Assembly: GCA_951406725.2 (NCBI GenBank)
Contig: OX597822.1
Coordinates: 107,570,001-107,634,000, forward strand
Length of the DNA: 64,000 nucleotides
Origin: Octopus vulgaris
Lineage: Eukaryota
Direction of reading: 5' to 3'
Shown: positions 39,811-54,498 of the stretch, in pieces
Layout of the letters: each line of letters opens with the position of its first letter
Numbering within the stretch: the first letter of the stretch is position 1
Notes under the pieces: generated by a model
Databases searched by the model: none
Told to the model about the DNA's origin: nothing
The model's input: only the letters and a program-made list of their open reading frames with translations
Program-made: the position numbers and the translations under genes

Positions 39811-40205
39811 TCTCTATATACATAAATGTCTGTCTGTGTGTGTGTGTATCCGTTATACAAATCCACAGTTCTTCAGTTAGAGGGCTCGCACTTTCTATGA
39901 TCATTCAAAACCGTCCAAGGGTGATCATGCACATCTTTACATTTCCCCAGTCACCCCGCAAAGCCTTTTGACCACAGTTTTTCTCGATAGCGAAACATCA
40001 GGGCTACACAACCTCAACAGAAGTGACTTTTTTGTGAACTTTCTATCCAAAATCAGATCAAAATACCCGAAACTTGATACGCCAATTGAAAGGCAGCTAG
40101 CTGTATGTGATTGGTCGGAGATTTGGACAGTGTATGTGCGCACGCAAGCAGCTGTATCTGCATGCACTAGCACTATGATCCGGCGTTGCCGGGTCATAGT
40201 GCTAG
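39811..40205 (+). mobile_element. Non-autonomous Helitron (second family)
   Basis: Starts TCTCTATATACATAAA; ends CCGGCGTTGCCGGG..GTGCTAG|T. Confidence 0.75.
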
Positions 40206-41319
40206 TTCAATATAAAGTAGTAGCAACCGGGTGATGATGCAGGTATATCTCCTCTCACCTGTAACAACCTGATTGGATTGTTGGGTCAAGAGTGAAGGAC
40301 CAAGAGAGTACGTAATTCTATCTCAGAAAATATATCCTTCGAATAAACCTGCTTCTATACAGCCACAAAATTACGATAGATTGTTCTTCATTGTTAATGA
40401 AAGAAGAACACTTTAAACAATGATGTATTCCTTGATATTCAGTATCTGGATTCAATATGGAACGACCACTGCTGTATCGCCTTTGACCACAGTTTTTCTC
40501 GATAGCGAAACATCTGGGCTACACAACCTCAAGTAGAAGTGTTTGAATATTTTAATTTGTGACAAAATTGTCTCTCATAGGGACCTAATATCGACTTTTA
40601 TCATTAACTTTAATATTGATATATACACCTGGACACCTGGTCGTTTTCTTAGAAGAGTTTCTGGTGTTATGATATTGATTTATGTCTTAGACAAATAGTT
40701 TTGTATTTGAAACAGAAGTAGAAACGATATAAAATGTCATTTATGCTTTTCTGAAGACAATTTATTGTCAACATTGAAATGAATTCATTTCAACTACAAA
40801 TCTATATTCTGTCATTGAAAATTTGCCGCATATATTGTGACGCTCGCTACATGCTTGCATGTGACACTGAATAAATAAACAAGGGAGACTCGAGGCAGTC
40901 AGTTGATCTCCCGCAACTAACAGCTGCATCTTCCTCAAATCATTCGTTACTGTTTAAAAGAAAGACTATATTGCTCAATGTAGTCTGGAAATTAGTATAA
41001 CCAGAATAGGGAAACATTTCTCCGTGTATCTTCAAATGAAGAACGCACACATTCGTACATGAAAGGCAAGTATGTTTTATATGGAAGGGAAATATTTCTT
41101 CTGAAAGTATCACTAGTATAAAAGGTAAGAATTGGATACTAATCACTGCCTCATCCAGTACTCCCATTTATTGTTCATATGGATTATATTTATTATATAC
41201 TGAAGCCTCAATTAAGATATTACTTTGTATGCTTCCAGTCAGGAATCACAAATATTTCATAGATAGGTTTAGCATTTAATGCATTCTCCAGAAATTTACC
41301 CAGAGTTAATGTAGTAGAT

Positions 41320-41490
41320 TGGTTTCAAATTTTGGTAAAATGCCAGCAAGTTCGTTGTAGGGATAAGTCAACTAGATCGACCGATAGTTATTTTATCGAC
41401 CCCGAGAAGGATGTAAGGCAAAGTTGGTCTCGGCGGCACTTGAACCAAGAACGTGCAGACGGACGAAATGCCGCTTAGGATTTTGCTGTC
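41320..41490 (-). mobile_element. Old family-A-related SINE
   Basis: ttttatcgacccc..ggatgtaaggcaaagt..gacggacgaaatgccgct. Confidence 0.65.
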
Positions 41491-42431
41491 ATATGACTGG
41501 TAACTTTGGAAGTATATGTTTGACACTAAGGAGAATATCAGAAAATATGACACACGTGTAATAATTATCATTTAACTTTTATCCGTTTATACAAAACATG
41601 CTCGTTTCAAGGAGATAAGAAGATTTTAGAACCTTGGCGGCAGATTTCACTATGCAGAAACAGATAACTTAGGTTTTGAATCCTATAAACTAGAGCAAAA
41701 AGCTCTTGTTAGATTTATTAGTCTGGAGTAACTCTGGCTGAGAAGCACACAATAAGGTCGAGAAACTGGTACCCACATCTCACCTTAACACCAATGAATT
41801 AAGTAGGTTATGAACACACATTTGCAAAAAAAAAAAAATTGTGGTCCGATGGCGGAATATACAACAGATTGAAACTCAAATTGTCATATTAAGAAGGAAT
41901 ATCTTGGAGGATATATTTATCACCTAAAAATAAAATGAAATAAAACAATACAATGACGTACATGTTTATTTTTAATATGTTTCGCCAGATTAGAAAGTGC
42001 GTATACGAATCCATGCTATATCGTGTCTATAAGAAAAGAACAACATATTTCTCATTTATGTAAATCCTCTCATAAATACTCTGTAATTTATTCTACCTTC
42101 TTCACCTTCGCCTTCTTCTCCTCCTGCTCCTGCTCTTCCTTCTCCTCTTACCTTTTCCTATCCCTCCTAATTCTCCCCTTCCTCTCCCACCTCTTCGTAT
42201 CCCTCGTCCTCCTATCCCTCCCCTTCCGTTTTCCCCCTTTTCCTCATCATATCCCCCTTCCTCCTATTCCTCCTGCTTCTCGTTCACCTTATTTCTCTCT
42301 ACCTCCTCCTCTGGCTATTATACTTCCTCACTGCGTGCGTGGTGCACTCTTTTTCTCATGGCGTGCACCTAGCATAGTAGGCGCACTCTTCCTGCCCTCC
42401 TTATATCGACTTTCTCTCTCTCTCTCTCTCT

Positions 42432-42469
<38 letters not shown>

Positions 42470-42589
42470 GCCCTTTTACTCATGCTCCCCAACTCTCAAC
42501 ATCATGTAAAGCTTGACTGGATGAAACTAATCAAACAACCAACAAACTAGCAGAACAACCAACATTTTCATTGGCTATTATAATAAAGA

Positions 42590-42800
42590 TAAGTCGGCAA
42601 GCTTGCAGAATGGTAAGTACAAGGGACAAAATGCTTAGCGGCATCATGTCCGTCTTTAATGTACTGATTTTCAATTCCACTGAGATCGATCTGCCTTTCA
42701 TCATTTCGGAGCCGATAAAAGAACTAATAGAACAATGCGGAGAATATAATCGTAGACATTTTCCCCCCAAATTGCTGGCCTTGTACCAAAATATGAAACG
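42590..42800 (+). mobile_element. Old family-A-related SINE
   Basis: aaatgcttagcggcat..gcctttcatcatttcgg..caaattgctggccttgtaccaaaa. Confidence 0.65.
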
Positions 42801-43067
42801 ATTAAGATATGGAGATATTGATAATAGTGTTGAGGTAGAGCAAAGGCAAGTTTTACAACATTTGGCTGCTCATTCGCTACCTACCTGGTAATAAACAACA
42901 TACAATACTTATGTCTCGTAGATAATCACCTACATGTACAATTTGAATTCAAAACCCGCAGAAGTTTGCACTAAAGATCATACTAGAAGAGGTAGTAAAA
43001 AGAAGAACATTTCCAGCGCAGGAATCGATAAAATAGACTATTCTCTAAATAAGTTAAGCGTATATTA

Positions 43068-43374
43068 ATGTCACCCTTTTCAAGCCTAGCCAAGCTCATG
43101 GGCCCGGTTTCCAGGTTTCTGTGGCGTATGTGTTCCCCCCAGCTGGACGAGATGCTAGTCCATCGCAGCGTTACTCAAGAAACAGGAAGAGAGAGGGTGA
43201 GAGAAAGTTACGGCGAAAGAGTGCAACAGGGGGTCACCACGCTCCCCCTCCCGGAGCCTCGTGGAGCTTTTAGGTGCATTCACTCAATAAACACAACACC
43301 CGGTCTGAAAATCGAAACCGCGATCCTCCGACCGCGAGACCGATGCTCTAACCACTGGGCCATTGCGCCTCCAC
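43068..43374 (-). mobile_element. SINE family C, tail type 2
   Basis: TSD taagcgt(a/g)tatta at 43055 and 43375. Confidence 0.92.
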
Positions 43375-43767
43375 TAAGCGTGTATTAGCAATATTCAAAT
43401 GATTCTGCATGTAAGGAAGCTGGAACATCAACACGTAAACAATAGGGATGTGAGAAACTCTAGGGAACATATGATTTGGTACTTTAGAATTTCTTCCAAA
43501 TCGCCTTTCACTAAACCGATTTATGATAACACAATATGCCGTCTAGGATGCAATCTCCAAGGGAAAATAGGTTCTTGAGGATACTTTATGCCCGCTCACA
43601 CACACACATATACACACAAACAGACACGCACATATACAAGCATGCATGTGTATACATCCTCACATACAAACATTCCTATGCATTTATGTACTTATGTTAA
43701 TGTGTGCATGAGTGCGTGTGTGTGTGTGCGTGTGTGTTAATGTAAATATAGGTATGTGTATGTACGT

Positions 43768-43777
43768 ATCTATCAAT

Positions 43778-43849
<72 letters not shown>

Positions 43850-44070
43850 AGCTCTACCTTGTAATTTGTTCTATCTGTGTGCAGCCCTGTGTGGCTAATA
43901 AAGAAACATATCTATCTATCTATCTATCTATTTATCTATCTATCTAACTATCTATCTCTCTATCTATCTCCCTATCTATCTATCTGTCTGTCTGTCAGTC
44001 TATCTATCTATCTATCTATCTATATATCTATCTATCTATCTATATATCTATCTATCTACCTACCTTTCTG

Positions 44071-44123
<53 letters not shown>

Positions 44124-44160
44124 ATATATCTGTCTATCTGTCTATCTGTCTATCTATCTG

Positions 44161-44215
<55 letters not shown>

Positions 44216-44220
44216 GTCTG

Positions 44221-44265
<45 letters not shown>

Positions 44266-44280
44266 TTATTTATCTATCTA

Positions 44281-44341
<61 letters not shown>

Positions 44342-44352
44342 ATATCTATCTG
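43768..44352. repeat. (TCTA)n/(TCTG)n microsatellite
   Basis: Direct reading. Confidence 0.95.
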
Positions 44353-44782
44353 TTTATAACCATATGTGTGTGCATGTGTGCGTTTCCGCGCCCGCCTGTG
44401 TGTAGGAGTGCATTTATATGTCGGAGTGTCTGTGTCTAAACAAAGAATTTTAATAACATATTAGACAAAACAGAGAAAATGTTAATACGATTTTTTTTGT
44501 TTTTGTTAAAACAAAACCATTTAGTTTTACAATTATAATGAGTACAACAACATAAATATTGACAGACACTTTAAAGGATAACAAAAAAATGTGGGAAAAC
44601 GAAAACTTTGTAGTCTGGTTTGGTACAACTTAATGAAAAGAAAAGTAAAACATCCACTTCAATAAATTTTCTTATTCGAAAACACACACATTTATATAAC
44701 CACAGCTACTCATTTACATTAACACACACACACGTACACACACTCACACACACACACACACACACACACATATTGATGTACG

Positions 44783-45171
44783 GTGGAGGCGCAATGGCCC
44801 AGTGGTTAGGGCAGCGGACTCGCGGTCGTAGGATCGCGGTTTCGATTCCCAGACCGGGCATTGTGAGTGTTTAATGAGCGAAAACACCTAAAGCTTCACA
44901 AGGCTCCTTCAGGGGGGTGGTGGTGAACCCTGCTGTACTCTTTCACCACGACTTTCTCTCACTCTTACTTCCTGTTTCTGTTGTACCTGTATTTCAAAGG
45001 GCCAGCCTTGTCCCACTCTGTGTCACGCTGAATCTCCTCGAGTACCACGTTAAGGGTACACGTGTCTGTGGAATGCTCAGCCACTTGCACGTTAATTCCA
45101 CGAGCAAGCTGTTCCGTTGATCGTATCAGCTGGGACCCTCATCGTCGTAACCGACGGAGTGCTCCTTTTTT
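44783..45171 (+). mobile_element. SINE family C, tail type 1
   Basis: Full head with A and B boxes; tail ends gtcgtaaccgacggagtgctcc + T run. Confidence 0.92.
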
Positions 45172-45236
45172 ACATAGATATACACAAATATAGTATACAT
45201 TGAAATATTAACACATATACACGTTCATATATATAT

Positions 45237-45643
45237 TCTCTTTACTCTTTACTCTTTTACTTGTTTCAGTCATTTGACTGTGGCCATGCTGGAGCACCGC
45301 CTGTAGTCGAGCAAATCGACCCCGGGAGTTATTCTTTGTAAGCTCAGTACTTATTTTATCAGTCTCTTTTGCCGAACCGCTAAGTGACGGGGACGTAAAC
45401 ACACCAGCATCGGTTGTCAGGCAATGCTAGGGGGACAAACACACACACACAAACACACATATATATATATATACACATATATACGATAGGCTTCTTTCAG
45501 TTTCTGTCTACCAAATCCACTCACAAGGCATTGGTCGGCCCGGGGCTACAGGAGAAGACACTTGCCCAAGATGCCACGCAGTGGGACTGAACCCAGAACC
45601 ATGTGGTTGGTTAGCAAGCTACTTACCACACAGCCACTCCTGC
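45237..45643 (-). mobile_element. SINE family B
   Basis: Reverse complement of the 11227 copy. Confidence 0.92.
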
Positions 45644-45800
45644 GTATATATACACATTCAGTACATACATACTTACATACAGACATATATGTGTGTGTAT
45701 ATATATGTGTATATAATTAATTAAGGGTAGAAATTGATATTTATCAATTAAGACCAGTGGTCTAGCATATTAAAAAAGAATCCGAAGATTAAAATATTTA

Positions 45801-45923
45801 TATATACCAATTAAGGACTGAACACGAAATGTGGACAGTCAACATGCTAGATATAGACGTCGGCGATTTGACGTCTATATCTAGCATGTTGACTGTCCAC
45901 TTTTCGTGTTCAGTCCTTAATTG

Positions 45924-45930
<7 letters not shown>
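45801..45930. repeat. 61-bp-arm fold-back hairpin with 8-nt loop
   Basis: Arms 45801-45861 and 45870-45930 with 2 mismatches; runs into (TA)n. Confidence 0.97.
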
Positions 45931-46003
<73 letters not shown>

Positions 46004-46384
46004 ATGTATTAGTGAGAGCAAGAAAAAGACAGGAGAGGAATTTTTGTATGTCTGTCTGTCTGTCTGTCTATTTGGTCTGTCTCTCTCTCTCTCTCTCTTT
46101 CCCACTCTCTCTAATATGATATAATGTGTGACGGCGCGTGTGTGCATGCCTTTCAGTGCATGTACTGGTGTGAACTGAGGGAGGGAGGTCGTTAAAGAAG
46201 ATATCTATGTGTGTAAAGACTCTTGTGGATATCTCACAACTGCCAAAATGTTCGGAATATCCGTTTAGAGAAGCCTACTTAAATAATACGATATAAAAGA
46301 ATTGATATTTCTAAGGGAATATCTTTATGACTAAATTAACAGCATTTAATCTATTTCATGCAGATAATGCACACTTATTTGTAA

Positions 46385-47210
<826 letters not shown>

Positions 47211-48545
47211 ACACAGTCTCTGAAAATCACATCGTCGAAGGTATTATGGTAATTAACTTACATGCGTTGCGTGTTGTTAGGAGGCAAATGATTTATTTTC
47301 ATACTATTCTGACTTGTAATGTCTCCTGTGTCCCGAATCCTTATTATTAGCCTGTTTCGAATACTTTTACTGTGTTCTAGACTTATTGCTGTGTCCGTTT
47401 GTGTAATACTTACTCATTTGAGATATGCCTGTATAAGCGCATAATTTTATATTCCACTTGAAGGTTCTAGCTTCCTGACGTCTATCCAAACGTGATAATT
47501 CGGAACATGACATGGAAATGATCTCTTTTGAGATTATATGTTTGTTTCCTGTACGATTGCAACGAGAATGTTTTGCGAGATGAAGCCTAACCTTTGATCC
47601 CTGAAAATGAGTTATCTTCAATGTGCTTACTTGTTGAACTTGACAAAGCTATACATTCAGTCAGGTGATCTGTTGAGCTATGATATATTGATTTAATTTT
47701 ATTGTTAGTATTTAGATACAGTTCAACTTTGTAGAGCAAATCTTTGATTAAAGCATTTCATCTAGGTTCACCCGTCTGTTTTCTATATCAAGGCTTACAC
47801 AGGTCAATGTATACTTCATATACTTTGCAAGGTTGAAGAATGAATCCTACAGTAAAATATTGCCCACACATCTGTGACTCTACTACAGCTGAACAAACAA
47901 ATAAGTAGAAACCGGCCATAGGAAAGATCTCTCAGTTGATAAACAGAACATCATTTGTAGGTATGTCCTTGCCTTTAACGCACAAGCCTGTAGTCTCTTC
48001 TCTAACTGCCTTTATATTCCACACTCTAACTCATAAGCATGCTATCCCTTCATACTCTGCCTTCATACTCTACCGTTTGATCCACAGATCTGCTGCATGT
48101 TCTCTCTGGATTTATGCAACACCTTGAAACCCACGGCTCTACTCTCTATTCCGCCTCTTTCTTCATGCTCCATTGCCTGACCCAGAGCCTTGCTCTTTCA
48201 TCTGGTTCTCTTTTTATGTTCCATGTTCTGACTCATAGGCTTACTCTTTCTTTCTATCCTTCCCTTTATGCTCCATCTGGTGACTGACAGGCCTATTTTC
48301 TGTTTACTCTCTTTCTTTCATGTTCCACCTCATAACTCAGTGGACCGCTCTTTTCTCGCTACCATATTTACAGTAATATTCCGTTCTCTATTACTTCCAA
48401 CAGATTGCTCATCTGATCCCTTCAATCATGTAACATCAACTTCGTCATCAGTCTTATTTCCATCACTCTTCGTTGTGTCCATCCAACGAAGTATCTGTGA
48501 TCGGTCTCTCATGCATAGTAACGTTTCTATGAAACTTTTGACATG

Positions 48546-48945
48546 TAGGCGCGAGCGTGGCTGTGTCGTAAGAAGTTTACTTCCCAGCCATATGATTCCG
48601 GGTTCAGTTCCATTGCGAGGCATGTTAGGCAAATGCCTTCTATTATAGCCTCGGGATATGGATTTGGTAGATGGAAACCGAAAAAAGCTCGTTGTATAAA
48701 TATATTTCTATGTGTGTGTGTGTCTGTACGTTTGTGTTTGTACCCTACCACCTCTTGACAACCGATACTGGTTTGTTTACGTCTCCGTTGCTTAGCGGTT
48801 CGGCAAACGAGTGACAGAACTAGGCTTTACAAAAATCAAAACTAATGAGAACTGGGATCGACAAGTTCGACTAAAATTGCTCAAGGACGTACCCTAGCAT
48901 GGCCGTGCTCTAAATACTGAAACAAAGAAGAGATAAAAAATAAAA
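48546..48945 (+). mobile_element. SINE family B (older)
   Basis: Head, internal (TG)n and tail recognisable. Confidence 0.85.
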
Positions 48946-50797
48946 GATAGTATTAAAAAATATATAGCTTTCATAATAATTTTTCAAGGCCACTCTCAGG
49001 CATTTGGAAGCAAATCCTAAAATTCTCTGCCTTCCACTCAGCTGCCTATTTCCATCGTCATACTACACACGTTACGGACATTTGCAGTTAAAATCCCAAC
49101 TTATGAAAGCCCGTACTTATGTTACTGAATTACTTTCATATACTTAATGTATTTTGTGATGTAGTTGACATTTTCTTTTGTCATAGGTGTCATTTTGAGA
49201 TTAAAAATGGAGGACAATTTTATTGTCATTGTTGTTCATATTTGAGTTGCTGTTCAATTATTATAACGTTGTTACAGTTGTTGTTGCTGAGGTTAGGTAG
49301 CGTTATTTGTAAATTGTTTACTTTAGGCTTTTTTGTTGTCATTTGTTGTTTAAATCAAAACAGTGTGAGTGGAGGATTTATTTTCGATCGCTAGCAGATC
49401 GAGCGATAAAATAGAGGCATCAGCGTGACATAAAATGATAGAAATATATGCAATGATTGAATGATAACAGCAATAATTATGCTTTAGACATTTTTAATTT
49501 TAAACTAATGAAGACAATATTTTAAAGCTATTGTAATTTTAAAACAAATGAAGCTCATTTTCGACCAACACTCCACCATAATCATTTGCATTAAATGAAA
49601 GTAATTTTCTGATATGGCCGAGCAAAATCCTGTGCACAAACGAATTCAACAAAACAAATTGATATAAAACAACAAAGGTAAAATTATTTCTATTCGATAA
49701 ATTAAAACAAGTGTTTATCCTTGTGTTAAATATTTACACACGGAATTTTTATTGTTATTCTTCCACATTTATTTTGAGGTTCAAAATCTGCGGTAGCTTT
49801 AAAACGACAAACATAAATATTGTTAGTAATTAGCGTAAAATATAAATTGGCACAAAGGTTTTATTGTAATTTTCCCACGTATATTACTCATTTGTGTATC
49901 CGACTGTGAAAGGATCAACAAAGGTGTGGGCGTCCTTTACGCTATTGGAAAAGAGAGGGTATACAGCAGGTGTTGCTTGGGTTACTAAACATGTAATTTA
50001 TATTTGTGCTGAGATGTAAATAGTGAAAATATGGAAAAGACGTTGTAGCGCTTTTAAAGCAACAAGAAAACAATTAAGAATTACTGTTTGATAAAAAGTT
50101 AAATACAGTGTTTTATCGGAATTTTCCGTATATGCTCTTCTTTGTAAGTACCCAGAAGAAATACCACCCTCAAAGCGAATTTATTCTATGTATTAAGGTT
50201 GCCATGTTCCCTTTCTGCAAGTACTTAGCATAGTTATAGATATTGTCGAAACGTGCGCAACTCTTCCTCTTACTACATATAATGCCCTCCCTCTTGAACT
50301 CAAGAATTCCTCAGCAGGCAACTTTCGAATCTATCACATCCCAACGTCTAATATAAAGACAAGGCACAATAGATCATACAAACATGTATATAAATATATA
50401 CTTAGATGTATATGTGTGTGTGTATGTGTGCGTGTCTGGGTGGCTGTGTGAGTGTGCGTATCACATCAAAGTATAGGAGACCATGTATCTAATGTTAAAG
50501 TATAATACTAATTGGCCTGTCACTGGGAGTCGTGTATGTCGTGGTATTAACGTGAATCGCACTTCTCTTTAAATGTGTTATTTTGGATGCTCATATAGAA
50601 GAACAGATGCAATTAGCTTCTCAATACTTCTAAGTGTGACTGATGCTTTATTTTATCAACTTGACTATTCCAAAATTACTTTGTCGTGGGCAAGATTTGA
50701 ACGCGGAAATCAGTCAAGGATAATAGCATAAAGCATTCTAACTTTGTTACCAAGTCTTCGAGATATATAAAAGTTCTATATTTACTTATCATATGCG

Positions 50798-51170
50798 TAG
50801 GAGTGGCTGTGTGGTATGTAGCTTGCTTACCAACCACATGGTTCCGGGTTCAGTCCCATTGCGTGGCACCTTGAGCAAGTGTCTTCTACTATAGCCTCTC
50901 CCGACCAAAGCCTTGTAAGTGAATTTGGTAGATGGAAACTGCAAGAAGCCCGTCGTATATATGTATATATATATGTATGTGTTTGTGTGTCTGTGTTTTC
51001 CCCCCAACATCACTTGACAACCGATGCTGGTGTGTTTACGTCACCGTAACTTAGCGGTTCGGCAAAGAGACCGATAGAATAAGTACTAGGCTTACAAAGA
51101 TTAAGTCCTGGGTTCGATTTGCTCGACTAAAGGTTGTGCTCCAGCATGGCCACAGTCAAACAAGTAAAAG
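50798..51170 (+). mobile_element. SINE family B
   Basis: Head nearly identical to the 11227 copy. Confidence 0.9.
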
Positions 51171-52499
51171 ATTATCAATCGATATTAATCAATCATTAAT
51201 CATGAATTCGAAGAATGAAAAACCTACGGGAACCAGAATGGTGTGAACCGAAGTTGTGACGTTCATGAGTTTTGTCCCAATGAATTTTAATTTAAATATA
51301 TTGAAATTAGCATCCAATTAAGAATCGAAATACAGCCATTACTTAAACGAGCTTCGTGAATTTGAGATAGTCTAAAGAATTTCTCTCCAATACTAAGTAA
51401 TAACATACCAAATGCATTTCTCTGCGGCTAACATTAATTGAGTTTCGATTTAAATGTGCTTCACAGAATATTGAAATTTTAATTTGGAATGCTTTTCATT
51501 CAAAATAACTATTTGGTATGCAGGTAACAGTAGTTCTGCCGATGTCAAATGTAAAATAACTCCATCAATGCCTGATTATTTCAACGTGTTCGTCACACTG
51601 AAGAGAAACCAAGCTTTCAGCAAGGTTTCGCTGATGTACTTGCTATAAATGATACTATCCGGTCGGTCAGTGATAAAAGATTAAGAATAAATTGGTGGCT
51701 TAAAAAATCAGATACATTTAATTGAAAAACTGTCAAGAATAAATAGAAGATTTTATTGTCACTCACACATGCAGAATAAAAAGGAAAAAAAAAATCAGAA
51801 TATGCATGGGAATATAGGAAATTTTGTCAGCATTACATTTGATAAACTGTCTGTACTTTTACTTTAAATGATTTTGTGACAGGTTGATTTCGATATATTA
51901 ACATATTGATCTGGCTATTCGTAGAGAAAAATATCCTCTTGGCAACTAACATACGACGGATGTAAGTTAGCCGTAATCTAGAGTCAAAGGAGTTCGTGAG
52001 TTGTGTTGAAGACATAGTTTCATTCAACAAAACCGACATTTTCCTATTGACCCGTCAAATAAATTTGGAGTCTGTTTTTTCCTCAATATGTTCTTAAATA
52101 TTTTTGCTCAATCGCGATTATTACGTTTGACAACGAAGGGCCATGCTAATCCGCTTCCTTTGACAAACATATCCCCTATCAATAGTGCCACAATACAATA
52201 GGCAAGCTCCTGAAGGTGCTCGATCGCGGTCTACAGTTCCTCATTGCCTCAGATTGCTGGCAATACTTTACTGCATAAAAGTGGTGTATGCATATGAGAG
52301 ATATCGAGGTAAATGATAAAAGAATACTCTGTAACAAAGATTTTTGAATGGGAAAGCCATGATTTCTTACTATTATACGCTACCATTTACCCGATGCATC
52401 CAAGTATGAGGATAATAATTCTATATACTACAGGCCCAAGGCCTGCGATTTTAGGGGAGGGGACTAATTTGATTGACCTTCGATGTGGTCGAACAACCA

Positions 52500-52725
52500 A
52501 CCACCACCACCAGGAGGGATTTTACTACTCTTACTACCACTACTATCACTACTACTGCTCCTGCGACTACTACAACTATCCCTCCTCCTTCTCCTACTAT
52601 TACTGTTACTACTACTACTACTGCAACTAGTACTACTGCTGCTGCGGCTACTACTAATAATGCTGCTGTCGCCACAACTACTACAACAACATCAACAACA
52701 ACAACTACTACTATTGCTACTGCTG

Positions 52726-52789
<64 letters not shown>

Positions 52790-52922
52790 TACTACTGCTG
52801 TTGCTGCTGCTACAGTTGATGATGATGTGCTGATGTGGGTGGTCGTCCTTTTCATTTTCCTTCTCTTACTACTACTACTACTACTACTGCTGTTGCTTCT
52901 ACTACCACTACTTCTGCTGTTG

Positions 52923-52988
<66 letters not shown>

Positions 52989-53020
52989 TTAGTACTACTG
53001 CTGCTACTACCAGTACTACT
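52500..53020. repeat. (TAC)n/(TGC)n trinucleotide tract
   Basis: Direct reading. Confidence 0.93.
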
Positions 53021-53029
53021 GTAATTGTT

Positions 53030-53230
53030 GTGCCGGTTAGCGGCAGAAAATGTTTAGTGGCCCCAAAAAAGCTTAGCGGCATTTCGTTCCACTTTAGGTT
53101 CTGAGTTCAAATTCCGTTAACGTCGTTTTGTCTTTCATGCTTTGGCAGTCGATATAATGAGTTACTACTTGGGCAACGGGCTCAGTTGATGGACTGGCCC
53201 CGCAACCCAAAATTTCGGACGATGTCTCTA
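53030..53230 (+). mobile_element. Old family-A-related SINE
   Basis: ggcagaa..gcttagcggcatttcg..ttctgagttcaaattcc. Confidence 0.6.
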
Positions 53231-53339
53231 TATCATGAGGCACTAATATTATTTGATGAAAATCCTCACTTCATTTTCAATGATATGATGGCAAGTGTCA
53301 GCTGTCTAAGGCGGCGGGAGACTCAGTTTACACTTGCTT

Positions 53340-53650
53340 ACTGGTCATGCTTCAAGAAACCTGCAACGATTTCTCGCAGTTCCAAGTTGTGCTGATTTTT
53401 GTGGGTGTTCTATGTTTAAATTTGTACTAATCTCTTGTAGACATCCTGGTAGTTGAATGTTGATACTTCCATGTGTACCAATTTCTATTGGTACTCTCCT
53501 CATTGACCACAATTTTATGCATGACTTTTGCATTACATTTCTACAAGTTGGCTCCAAGTCTCATCCAGAAACCTCAAAAGACAACAAGTTAGAAGTTGCT
53601 GATGTTGTTATACCCAGGGTGCCATATATTTGGTTCTGTACATAGTGTGG
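53340..53650 (-). mobile_element. R4/Dong-type 3' fragments
   Basis: KLWSMRRVPIEIG..NIEHPQKSAQLGTAR..LEA*. 53580-53625 is the reverse complement of the 3'UTR at ~31058-31105. Confidence 0.75.
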
Positions 53651-53679
53651 TTCTATTGTCATTATTAATATTACTATTG

Positions 53680-54235
53680 AGTAAGAGTAGAGTACATGCC
53701 ATCAAAGTGACACTGGCGTAAAATGTACGAAGGCCAGTATACCCATCATGACTACCCGTCTGATAAGGGTACATCAGGTACATGAATCACAATCATATGT
53801 GCACGACATGGTGATCTCATATCAAGATAAACAGCACATTACCTTGCAGGTGGGGCCTAGATAGAATTTTCTTCTGGTTGAGTAACCCATCCCTCTCAAA
53901 AGATCCCCGAATAAGGGTTGTTTAAGGATGTTGAATGAAATACCCATGTTTCCAGAGGTGAATTATTCAAACCCCAAAGAATCTCTATCAACACATGGCT
54001 ATGATGCTCCCTACCTACTTCTGCTCTTGATCAGAGATGCACATATCGTCAGCCGCTAAGGAAAATGCTCAACTGGTTAAGGTTAAACAACTGACAAGCA
54101 AATCTGTGGTATTGAGCAGAATATTTGCTGTAGCGCATCTTTTATACCAAGACAAAACAATGTACATGATAACACTTCCAATCGGTTAAGATCAGAAGCC
54201 ATGAGAGCCACCGACTGGTACTGCATCAGGGCATT

Positions 54236-54236
<1 letters not shown>
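53680..54236. mobile_element. ~560-bp interspersed repeat abutting (ATT)n, class unknown
   Basis: Partial copies at 4375-4535 and 57285-57440 (inverted); no ORF. Confidence 0.7.

Positions 54237-54498
<262 letters not shown>

Noticed and set aside
42023-42550. 175-aa hydrophobic ORF
   Set aside because: Pyrimidine-rich low-complexity sequence
51598-51635. CTGAAGA followed by a GAAACC/GGTTTC stem
   Set aside because: No GAAA box or stem III after the stem; not a hammerhead
51882-51961. Exon-like segment with AG and GTAAGT on +
   Set aside because: Stops in all three frames
52313-53104. Mucin-like Thr-rich/poly-Leu ORFs
   Set aside because: (TAC)n repeat artefact
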